Positions 23,865 to 36,228 of a stretch of 64,000 nucleotides of DNA are shown here, in pieces. Made by a program: the position numbers and the translations under genes. The notes below the pieces were generated by a model. It did no database searches. It saw only the letters and a list, made by a program, of their open reading frames with translations, and had not been told where the DNA came from. Source of the DNA: Lingula anatina (taxonomy: Eukaryota > Animalia > Brachiopoda). The number at the start of each line of letters is the position of its first letter. Position 1 is the first letter of the stretch. Location: assembly GCA_051362555.1 (NCBI GenBank), contig CM120640.1:41208788-41272787 (forward strand). Direction: 5' to 3'.

Positions 23865-23874
23865 CCTTATTTGG
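23865..23874. promoter_or_regulatory. CArG box (SRF consensus) upstream of candidate dystrophin first exon A
   Basis: CCTTATTTGG fits CC(A/T)6GG and lies ~120 bp upstream of the ATG at 23993. Confidence 0.5.
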
Positions 23875-23992
23875 AGACTTGAATGCGAGCTGTGGCAAGT
23901 GTCGCAGGCCTGAAACCGCGGGGAGTGACCCGATTACACACTAGTTATCAAGGTTCTCATAGGGTCTAGGCATCTCCATACTGCTGCAGGAT

Positions 23993-24050
23993 ATGAACAG
24001 GAATGATACTTTCAATGAATTAATCACCACAGTGCAGTCGCACACGCAAA
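23993..24050 (+). CDS. DMD: Candidate alternative first coding exon A of dystrophin (MNRNDTFNELITTVQSHTQ)
   Basis: ATG to a GTAAGT donor, 58 nt, phase 1. Splices in frame to 31526 giving ...[13 protein letters not shown]. Its DTF.ELI motif resembles exon B and the utrophin N-terminal extension. Confidence 0.6.
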
Positions 24051-27000
24051 GTAAGTAATATAATTCAAAATTATTGTTTGCCGCTTCTGTAGTTCTGAAA
24101 ATGGTCCTTTGTTTAGTTGCACAAGCTGCAGTGTTTGTTCACGGTCACAGGCATTTGGCTCTAAACAAAGTACACATTGCGACTGCTAACACCGTGATCA
24201 AATGGCAGTGGTCCCAATATTGTTTTGACCACAGGGGCTTGTCGGTGTAATAAAGAGGAGTGGTCATCGCAGGGGTCGCAGTTTCGAGGATGACCAGTGA
24301 TGGTGGGATAAACTACAGCCGAAACTACTACACGAAACTGAACAGCAGCGTTATGGTATATTCATAGCATTTTTACCTTTTAGTTATTTAGGGAAGTCGC
24401 CCACAGAACATCCATGGCAGTATATAAGTAGTGACAGATGCATGTGTTGTAATTATCCGAATAGTCAAAGATGCGTGGGTGTGTTTGTGTGTATGAGTGT
24501 GTGTGTGTGTGGAATGGTGAGGGGGGGGGGGGGGGTGAACGAGAAGGCATGCTCTAGAGTAAACAAATAAGTGGTGATATTATTGGAAGCAGAGGGGGTG
24601 CAGTATTATATACAGAATTTCAAGTAGTCGACTTGCATTTTGCCCTTAATGATAAAACTAAGAAGGGCCACTTAATCTTAAATCTTTTTTTGGAATAGTA
24701 CGTAAGATGGGTGCCAACCCCGAAGTGTCTGCTTTTGAAAAAGTGATTTTATATAAAGTTATTGACAAAAAAAAAAAAAAAGACAAGTTTTGTAATGCAA
24801 TTTCTCTATGTATTATGTGTTCCAATAACATTTCCAAAAGTTTTCATTAACAGTTTAAACCTGTATGCGGTGTTTAGAAAAAAAGTAAAGGGTGTATTTT
24901 TCAAAGAATCAAGGGTTCAGATAAGAATAATGTTTAATTCCCATGTGGTGGTTTGTGAATAAACCTTGTGTGTGCAAAAAAAGGAAGAGATTGTATTTCT
25001 ATACAAATACTGAATGTTTAAGTCAAATGCGCTTGAATGATAGAAGCACAGTGTTATTATTCTGTCTCTGATCTTTAAAATTCTTTGGTGTTTCTTTTCT
25101 TTTGACCCCTTCCATGGAACCCTGACCATTGTCACCCCTGTCATAGTAAATCAGTCTCAAGCTGTTGTTGATTGTTGTGCCTCAAGGCTTTAATGTATCT
25201 CAGCTTGTCTCTAAGTGTGTTTCAATAGCTGATTATTCTGGTATGTTCAGGTTACAATGAAAAGATGTGTACTGTTAGTGCAAACAGCTGTGATTGTTTG
25301 TAGAACTTGACATACCTGTTTGAAATATTACATAAAAAAAAACAGATAATCATTTTTTTCTCTTTTTTGGGTAGGGATAACTACCTTGTCATATGTATGC
25401 TCTATGGAAGCTTTAAGTCAGGAAACCTAAAGTAACCCTGTTCCAAGTCCACCAGTCAGTAGACATACCTGACAGATAGTGCAATGTGCATACCAATGTG
25501 TCCAAAGACAGAAGTTGTGAGAATTATATGTGTTTTAGATGTGTAAGAGATACCTTGCATGTCCTATAACAGATACAAACCACAGAGGGCAGTATAAATT
25601 ACCATAAAATGTTAACAACATGTTTATCACGTACTTAAATAGCTTTGAAGAAAAATGAAAAAGAAGAATGCATATTTATGATAAGCTTGATAAAACATGG
25701 CCATATGAGCCATTAGAGATTGTATGTGTGGTACATGGAGCCCAGCAAGCATAGCAAAGCGCTATGAAGACAGTTATAATTACATTACATGGTGTGATGT
25801 AGATTAGTTGCCTGGGGATGATGGTAGACTAGATGGTGGGCTGTGGATGTACAATAAAGATAAATCATCATTATCATAGAGATCACATAGATTACATGCC
25901 ATGATTATAGAAATGGACTAAAGGGCACTTAAGCCTCATGAAGAATCTGGCTCCTAGTGATCTGTCTTCTTTGCTAACAACTTGGATGCAGACCTTGGTT
26001 GTTTTATCAATTTGACAAGTAGGTTGGTGTCCATTCCTTCAACTAAACAGAATAGTTCTAGCTATATAAATGGACACCTAAAAGTCCCTTGCTGCAGTAC
26101 GTTGTGCTCAAAAATGTGCAAGTGAGATGACATTGTGAAATGTGAGTATGCCCTGGAAGATTTAAGTGAAATTTCCAGATGTGGTTTGGTAAATAATTTA
26201 GAGAAAAGTACAAAAAAATTGTGCATTCTAATCTTGCAAAACAGCATGTGAAGCCTGAGTTAACTTTCTGTGATAGTCCTATGCAATTACTGTCTACCGC
26301 AGCAAGCTTGTTGCTTTAGAACTATATTTCAGTTTGTTTTTCTGTGGTTGGTAAGTGTTTTTGGGTACTTGTAATTGAATTTTTTCTAATCACTACTAGC
26401 AATATAATGAACTTGGAAATACATGCTTGTTGTACATTCTGCCAGACAGTATTTATTTTTCGTGTTACAATTGTGTTTAAAGTCGTTTATCATATAGTGC
26501 AAGTTTAATGCTTCTGTTTTGATCTTAAACTTTGAACAGCAGCGTGGTTTTCTTAATGTAATCCAAGAACATATCTCATTCTGGAGTCAATTGAACATTT
26601 TACAGTACTAGTATTTTGATTTAATACATGAAGCAATACAATTATTTGATAAATGATAAGATGTAATTTACTGTATTCAGTGCATCTGATATTGAAATTT
26701 TAGAAGTAATCAATTCAATGAAAATATTGATAAGCTGTAGACAGTGTCAGTCTCTTATATATATTTGCCATTAACCTTGAAACTCTGTCCAGACCTATCA
26801 AGTTGATACTCCCAAACTGAATTATAAAAGTATTCCTATAACATGTGTAGGTGCCCTAGTGTGCTATTGTCTTTACATTCAGGGATATAGCTTTGGTCAA
26901 GGCAAGGAATTCCTTGGCCTAGGCTAAGATCTAATATACTGTTTATTAGATCTTAGGTCTAGGGAACTGAGGGTATCTCAGGGGATTCATTTTAACAGTG

Positions 27001-27349
27001 ATATTAGGTACATACTAACTAATGTGGTCAGGCAATGTGAAGAATCACAGGTTTGGTGCTTGTGAGCTCCAGGATTAGAAGGACAGGGGCATAGAACAGG
27101 GCAGGTGTTAGCTGGTCCAGGTACGGTACTCCCCAGACCCCACAGGTGTACAACACTGCTTTCATCAACATTATTATAGACTTTATTAGAGGAAGCATAT
27201 CACGAGGATGGGTTTATTTAAGAGCACGTGTATCGAGATATTTTTAATTTCTCATTACTGGCCTTTTTCATATTTCGTAGGAAAAGGAGCTAGACCTTAG
27301 AAGGGATGCCTGCTTCATATTTCTGTGAGAGAACAGAACAGCTAACAAG

Positions 27350-29276
27350 ATGACGGATTCGGCATTTTTACTGCATCCGAACCATGATGTAGAGGACCCA
27401 GAAGGTGATACATTCAGAGATATCATCAGAGAAAGGGCAGGTAAGCATAGCCATGGAGAAGTCACCTCTCCTGTTTTACTGCCAGTGGATTGCACTTGTC
27501 TGTAGAGTGCATAGTATATATTGCCACCCTAGTGTATATTGCCCACCAAGATAAGACAGCTGGTGGGACAGGCTGTAAAAAGTCTTAAAAGTGTTAAAAA
27601 GAGACAGTGGAGTACTTATTTCATACTAGTACATTTTCAGGGAATATTTGTATACTCAATTAAAGACTGGAAAAAAAGGGATTGGCGTAATTAATTTATC
27701 CCTATTTTTATCATCAGAGTATCTCCCATGCCTGGATGACTCTGTAGCAGGGTGTTGTGGCTTTGAGACCATCCCTCACTGAGTTTCTTTGTAGCAGGGT
27801 ATGCCTGTAATGCCTGTGTACCCTATGTCTTTGGTCATTCTATTGTGTTATGACCACGGGGTATAGCAGGAATGTGCACGTTGTTGTGTACTCCCCTTCA
27901 CACTTACATATACACACGCACACACACAAACACACACGCACATGCATACACACATGCAGATACACAAACACACCTGAAGCCTACACATCAGTGTTTGTAT
28001 CAGTGGCTTCTTGTATTTGTTGAATTGATATTTCAACCAGATAACACTGACTGTAGAAGGCAAGAAGCTGCTAGCAAGATAACAGTATTGTCAGCTTTTG
28101 TACAAATTCACCAGTGCTTGATGATGCATTTATTGACATCCACAGGGCTGATTATGTAATTGTTATCTCATTATCAAAATTGTGGCATAGCTGTGGCACG
28201 ATATTGTATTCTTTGGTGGTCAAGCTGTGTTCTGGTATATAGATTTCGATTTTATACCTGAGTAATGAGAGCCAGGAAGGAGAAATGACGGACGTGATAT
28301 TCCACAGCAGAGTGGTGACTGTGATAAGTGCGACTATCAAAGGCCGGAATGTGGCCACCGCTTGATTAGACAGGAAAGATCATTTATAGTACTACAACTA
28401 CCGCACCTAAGATGAATGATTAAGATAAAAGCCTACCGAAAGAAAATATTATTTGACATTAATTTTACCTTCGCCATAAGTTTCACCTTGCAGAGCTCGG
28501 GTGTAATATTGACACAGACCAAATCTTCACAGCTGGTTTGCAACTGCAAATACTTAAACACCTAGATCAAAAAGGAATATTAAAGAATCTCCAGATATTT
28601 TTTTCTCTTTTTGTAAGAGATTGTTGGTGGGTTTATTTACAGACTACATGAAATGGAGGGCTTAGTTCCCATTTCAGTTTTTGGTCATTGTTTTTTTAGA
28701 GAATTGACGAGACATGCCTGTTGTTTTGGAAGGCTTATTGATAATTGTGTCTGTGCAGTCTATTGATTGTCGGCATGGATTCTGCAGTGAAATTAATTTC
28801 TGGAGTTTTTGTACCAGTGATAGATGCCAGATATTGGTTAAGTTTCTTAATGTTCTGGGTTATTCCAAATATGGTTCAAAATGCCTTTTTATTTTAGAAA
28901 TAACATAATATGTGCGAAATTCTACCTGAACAGATTCTCTACCACACAGACAATTTCGTTATAGAATGCTCAAATTCACAATTTTTTGAGATTTTTAAAT
29001 TTTATACTAAGTCATTGAATTGTTAACAGTCTGCTGTCCTAAATGAAACTTTTGGCAGTACTCTCTTGTATGTTTCTACCCCTATCATCCTCCTTATATT
29101 GGCTTTAACTGTGAGACAAAGTCATATACAATAAATTTTGGAGCAGAAATTTTTTTTGAGTTTTGTGAAGATTTTAGGCTATATGTTATAAATTTCAGAA
29201 AGTAACCATTCCACAACATTTGTTAAAAAAATGATAATCTGAGTTATTTATAAAGTAATGAATTTTTGTGGATCCC

Positions 29277-29334
<58 letters not shown>

Positions 29335-32300
29335 AGGGTCCCTTGTAAAGATTTATGGGTCGTAAATGCTATCAGGTGGCACCATGAGATCTGAGTGGAG
29401 TGGACACACATTTAGTAGTTTGTCCCAACTCCCTGAAAAAGCTGACCAGCAGATTAGTACACCTGCTGATGTAACTGGCCAGTGTACAAACAGACAAATT
29501 TGGCCAGAGTAAATGTTATGGGCTCACAGCTTTACCTCAATGGAGGTTTAACTTGCTGTAGTGGTGGGTTAAATATTTGCTCAATGTTAAGCCCCCTTGG
29601 ACTAAATTTGGGTTAGATCCTGCTTAGCATTTGAAAGGGCTTCAGATACATAGTTAAAGAATGTGCAAAGAATGTTATAATATGATAAAGCAAGTCCTGT
29701 ACTTTTTGTACGTGTATGGTGTGGTGTAAAGGAACCCTGTATGGAGACGTATCCTTTGCTGCCTACAGAGCTAGGTAAGTGTTGGGCGATTTGTCACAAT
29801 GTCCTAACTCCTGTCCTGGAGGTGATTACTTTGATTAACGAGGCCTGTATCGCAGCAACATTCCACTGCATTTTACCTTTGATCACTCTGACAGGTAGCT
29901 TCTGCAGTTATTTTAGGATGCATTCTGGTACCTTTTTTGTTTGAACTTGACACTAGTGATGTATTATTACAATTGTATTATTTCTTATCTTTTCTCTTTT
30001 TTTGCTGGAAGACATCTATTTGATATAGCAGATACCAGGGTGTAACTAAATGTCAAGAAGCATCCAGAGATTTCTGTACTACTATAGAAAATAGCTGCCA
30101 GAAAAAAATGTAAATTGCTGCCAAGGAAATATGTCATGAAAAAAATGTAGATTGAAAGATTAAATGTTTTTGAAGTTATTTTCCATGTCGCAGAACAACT
30201 AACAAGCTGCTCTGTAAAAAAATATTGGTGCATCTATTCCTGAGTTTTATTGTTGAAACTGTTCCAGTTAATATACATTGTCATGCTGAACCTGCTCATT
30301 AAATTAAACCAATTTCCCGGAGCCTCATGTTTATGTGGAAATAGGTTCATTAATCTAGGCAAAGTAATGTTATATGAGCAAATGACTATCCTCAACTGCC
30401 CTAATAATTTATAGTAGACTAGTGACCCAGGATTATGCACTTTCATATTACCAGATGTTTTGTGATACTGTAGGGTGTGATTACAGTGTGCCTCTGTGCC
30501 CAACTGATGCAATGGTATTTATTGCAATGAAATTTCAGGATGGAAACTTGTGTTCTGTTACCACTTTCCCATCAGTTTGTTTTTCTAGAGCGCCATTCTG
30601 TATAGAAAAATGTACCAGTTTAAGTATGTGATGAAGTAGCCGAGGTAATATTCAAGCCTGTGGCTATTAAACTGGAATGAACTTATAACCCTGTGATTGA
30701 TGACCGAAGATACATTTGGCAGAATTAATTATCTTGTGAAATGTTATTTGTGGATTATCTGTACATGTTAAAAATATCTACACACAGACTGCTAATAATA
30801 GATGTGTAATTTAAATCAATATGAACTTGATAAAAGATAAAAAAAAAGAGCTCTAAGGGAAATAAATGAAGTCATTTTGTACCATATTGCAGGCCTACAT
30901 GTATTCTGTATTTCTTATTGAAATTTAGAATAACTACATCATTGGCACTTACATTTCCTACATGTCAGCTCGAAGAAAATTCATGATTGAACTAGTCATC
31001 AAGATCTGACCTGGGCTCTGCAGATCCATAATCATCGATATTCCTGTGAATTATAAAGCTTAAACAAAATATAAATCATGATCATTGTGCAGTTTGTCAT
31101 CTATTTCCTCCAAAAGCTCTGAAAGCTGACAGCACTCAAGTTAAAATGATGTATGTGCAGTGATAAACCACCTGTAAGAAAATAACGAGATGTAGTTGCT
31201 CAGGCAGACAGTGAGCCATGGTAATCAACAGCAGTTAAGCATAAGTATTCATTGGCGACATGACATACATGTCTGTCCATCAGGTAATAAGTGTGGCCCT
31301 ATGTGTATGTGACATGATACACGTTTTGTCAACGTGTCTGCCACTGGTTTTATCAGCTCATTTGATCCATGTAGCTACCAACAGGTTGCCCTAAATGGGT
31401 CATGAATGACCTTCCCGATGAAAGAATGATTGTTTTCTGTCATTAAGATGGTGTTGAGCAAAAGAGCAAAATGTTGAGTGCTTTGTGTTTTGCGGAATAT
31501 TTATATTCTAGGTATTCTGTTTCAGATGAGAGGGAGGATGTTCAGAAAAAGACATTTTTGAAATGGATTAATGCTCAGTTTTCAAAGGTAAGCCATTGCT
31601 TTGTGAGTAATTAATGCAATGATAAGCATGATATATGACTCATGGAAGGTGTATTTTTAATTATGGTTCTTTGGACAGTCATCTCAGTCTTTAAAATATT
31701 AATAAGAACTCTTATAATAATGGTTTTATTTAGTTGTAGTTTTTTATTTATTCATTTTTTTGAGGAGGTGGAGTCTGAATTTTTTGCTTATATGTGGTTA
31801 ATGACTGGCACTCAGAATTCTAAAAACAAACAAACCATTTCAATTAGGTATTAAGCTTATCCGACTTGTGTGTACAGTAGGATTACTACTGTGATATCCC
31901 TCCCCACTCACACATACCCCCCCCCCCCACACACACACACAGAGTGGTGGTCAGTACACTGGAATTATTCTACCAACAAATGTGTGTTGATGTCATTTTA
32001 ACCATGAAAAATGTGTTTTACATCTAAAAGATAAAGATATACATTTGAAGTTAATAAATATACAAAACTGAGAGCCATTTTTTGTATTTTTTTAGAACAG
32101 TTTCCTTTTCAGGATATTTTTGATGTATTACTGAACGTTCTGCAATTGTATGGAATATTATTGAATCACCTACATTGGTAATAGTACCTCTAATAATGTT
32201 AGAATCTCTGCACACCTGTGCACAATACATATTGTAAATTGCTGAAATATGAGTTTCTAGTTCTAAGGTTTTTGCTTAATTGGGAGATGATATTTTTAAG

Positions 32301-35300
32301 ATTACAGAAAAAAATCTGATGCAAAAACAGATATCGCATATTTAGTGTAATGTCACAGGAGCACACTTCAGCTCATAGCATGTTATCATATCCAACACAT
32401 TGCCACAACTAACACACTGACCCCATCAGCCTAATAGCTTGCTGTCACATCTAACACAATGATAGAAGTAGCACGCTACAGTCAAAGCTTGCTGTCACAT
32501 CTGGGATTTTAACTGTATCCAACGTAATGAAACAGGTAGCACCATGTACCTATAAGCATGTCGTTATGTTCAAATCGGCTATCACATAAACCGGGACCTT
32601 GCATATTTGTATTTACCTTCTAGACCAACCACCCTCCTATCCAGGACCTCATAGAGGACTTAAAGGATGGGACTCACCTCCTGGCTCTGCTGGAAGTGTT
32701 AACAGAGAGATTCTTGGTAAGTTGATGTCCTGGAACAAAGCACCTTGTGACTTGGTGCAGTCCTAAAACATGGAAGTTAAACTGAAAAAGCTGGATATAC
32801 TTGTATAAGAGTAGGCTATAAATGCAAGCAGAATGGTAGTGTTTTGTTACTCTCTAGTTTAACATGTGTTTGATTAGACAAAATTAGATCATTTGATGTG
32901 TTGTGTTTACTATAACAAGAGATAATACTGTGATCAGAGAATGATTGGATTTTCGGCTGTGAGGAAAGTACTTCTAAGCTGTTAATATTCGTGGAGAAGT
33001 TTCTTTGATTTGCTCTTTGAATAAGAATTTTAGCACATGGAAGTGCCTTATCAGTTAAGCGGCAATCACTTTGCCCTAAATAGAACTAAGCTTTAAAATT
33101 TATACACATGGTCATATTCATTGTAGTCAAACATTCAGCAGGTGGAATGTGTTTGCTGCAAATTGCTCTTGGGAGTAAAATTTGATAAATGTGTCACAAC
33201 AACAAATGGGTAATTGACAAAAACACGAAGGGAAGTTGAACAAATTAAATATGCGCTGAAATACTGGGTCAGTCATGTGATGCAAATATTGGTGGGGGGG
33301 GGGAGTAGGTAGTAAATACAGTTGAGTTCAGTATCAGATAACTGAAATAAAAACATGTTTTTTTTCTAACTATATACTCTTTTTTTTTAGAAACCTGAAA
33401 GAGGACGAATGAGAGTTCACCATCTTAATAATGTAGACCGAGTGATCCAAATCCTTAATCACAGTTACAATGTAAGTAGTTAACAGTACACTGCAATAGG
33501 TGGCACTGCAGTTTGTATTGAAAACCTATGTTTTATTATTTATGTTTTAGTTCTTAGAAAACGTAATGCCGTAAAGCCACATACTGAAAGATGATCATTT
33601 TGACAGTAAACTGTTGGACGATATTCAAGTGAAGCAAGTATACTCTATATACCCAAAGTTGTTTAAATCCTGGATTTGGGTGTATATGCATCTTTGGCTT
33701 AGCACTCACTAAGGGAGAATCAGAAGGAGATTGATGCTCTGAGCTACTGTGTTCAATTTGATGAAAGAAGGTGAAAGTAAATAAATGATTCAGCCAGGAG
33801 GTACTAAACATGTAAGATGACTTTTGAATAAGCTGGTGTCTAATTCCAGCATCTGCCAACCCAAGCCAGACAAAGAAATTAATGTAGAACAGCTCCAGTT
33901 TTTATAATGCAGGGAGAACTTCAAAAAGTGTTGATATTCAGAAAGCAGAACTTCAAAAAGCTGTCAGTTTCATATCATTGTCAGTGCTTGTAATTAAGGA
34001 AATTGGAAACATTTCCATAAGTGGTTCACCAGGAATGCTGATCCCGTTGTGTACAAAAAAATAAGTGCTGTGGCTGTCATTCTCAACCAAGTTCTGACAT
34101 AGTCGACTTTGTTGTGTTTCTGTAAAAGGTTTTTGTGAAGGCTTTGTGGTGTGGATCCAGATGTGAGCCGCCTATGCCTCGGAATGGCTGGCATGCACGT
34201 AAGGTAAATCAGTACTGACTCAAGAAGGCTTGCGCTAATTGAAAGCATCCAGTACTGGGATATAGACTGCAGCAGCCTCACAAGTCACACCTCCTGTCCT
34301 CTTACTGATCTGCCTCACTTAGCTATCCAGGGGCTCTTTTTTTCTCCGTCATCTGGCTGTTAACTGGTGAAAGGGTAAGTGTTGTCAGTGTGTAGAATGA
34401 GTAGTGCTCATTTATGCAGTTGTAAGATGGTTTGAATTGCTGGCGTGTTTGGTGCAGGTAACGGTTTGGAAGAGTTGGTGAGTTAGCATGTTGGGGATAA
34501 AGAGCCAGTCAGCAGACAAGAGGGAGGAGAAGCTGTTTAAGAGATTCATGCTACGCATAAATTGTTTTAAATGTGCCAGGTGTACAGGGCATTGGAGGAA
34601 CATTAAGCACTGATACCAGGAGATGAATAAGGCTTTTACAAATACAATTAACATCTGATCTAAGATTTATAACCATCTCTTCATTGGGGTAGGCCGCCAA
34701 GGTAATATTATAATATTGTGGATCCTCTGTTATGTATTGAAGGCTGCTTGAATCATCTGAAGACAAAGAACATGCCCTAAACATGGGGATGTCTTGAGGC
34801 CACTGAGAAGAAGATACTAGTATGTCTGCTAACCTGGAGCGGAAGTATGATAAAGTTTCCAAAGATATTTGAACCCATAGTCATTGTTGGGAGAAAAGGC
34901 CTTCAGTATACCAAGTGTCGAGTTTCCATTTCTCTCTCCTTGGGTCGTCCCATCTCTTGTTTTTAGGGCCTCCTGTGGTGTCTTATCAGCAGTTATCTGG
35001 ATAAATAGAAGGGAACATTTCAGGCTAATTTGGCAATTTCTGAGTTTTATTAATGTCAGTAGGTCGGTGGGTCTTACAATGCATGGAGAGCACACGCCTG
35101 CTTTTTTATGCATTCAATACGTGACGAGCACTCCTCGCCACTTGAGGTGGAAAAGTATAGTAAAATATCAAACCACTTCAAGTTCTTAGGGAAAGGTGAA
35201 AGTGGAAGAACGTTATCGGAGAATGATTTCCTTTCCCTTTTTTATGCTAATTAATTTACAGGAAATGAGTGTGTTATTTGCAATCAGTATACACAATTGT

Positions 35301-36145
35301 GTGTTTGTAGATGCTGACAAGCCAGTCCTGTGGGTAATGTTACACCTAGAATGGCTGTGAGATTGAGAGCAACATTTGCTGTGTGCTGTGAATTTCAATG
35401 AGGAAGTTAAAACAACCCTTTTTCTGTTGGCTTTTCAGATTCGATTGGTGAATATCAGCAGTAATGATATAGTAGATGGTAACCCCAAACTTGTCCTGGG
35501 CCTTGTCTGGAGTATCATATTACATTGGCAGGTAGGTATTAATGAATTTAATATAGAAATATTAGGGAGGCAAGTGCTATATATACATGTACATGGCTAT
35601 ACTTGACCTGATCTTAGCAAATTACACAATGAAACAAGTAATCATGATGGTACTATGTTAATCCTATTAAAAAATCAGTAGGTTTTTGTCCTATTACTAT
35701 GAATTGGCAAACAATGCATTGTATAAGTGTGAAAGGGCTATATCTACATCCAGGCCCACATGATTACAGTGGCAGGCAAGTAAAAAAAGTACTATGAAGT
35801 AAAACATTTGATGACTGTCCAGATATTGGCAGGCAATTGCATGTAATCATAGCCTCATAAAGTCATAAATTGATGCATAAATGTCATCATGTTTGGTTGA
35901 CAGGCCTGTCATAATCCAAAGTTTTTACGACTCCAGAAAGTCTTGTGTTATATTATGTGGGCTGGCAAGTAGTTAAAGCAACCATGTGGTATAAGCATGA
36001 TTAACACTTTCCTTAGACACCACAAATTATTTTGACAGGAAGATCTTTGATGCAGAGTACCACATTGCACTGTTTTTGTTTCTGTTTTTGTTTTGGTACA
36101 TAAATGCCCTCAGAAAACTTGTTTAAAAGAATGTATTCGTGAATT

Positions 36146-36228
<83 letters not shown>

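Noticed and set aside
24289-24355. ATG-initiated segment MTSDGGINYSRNYYTKLNSSVM near exon A
   Set aside because: Putative donor is phase 0 and weak; incompatible with the phase-1 exon at 31526.
33554-35189. Cluster of 80-103-aa ORFs in dystrophin intron 4, possible nested gene
   Set aside because: No recognisable domain, many non-ATG starts and no consistent splice chain.
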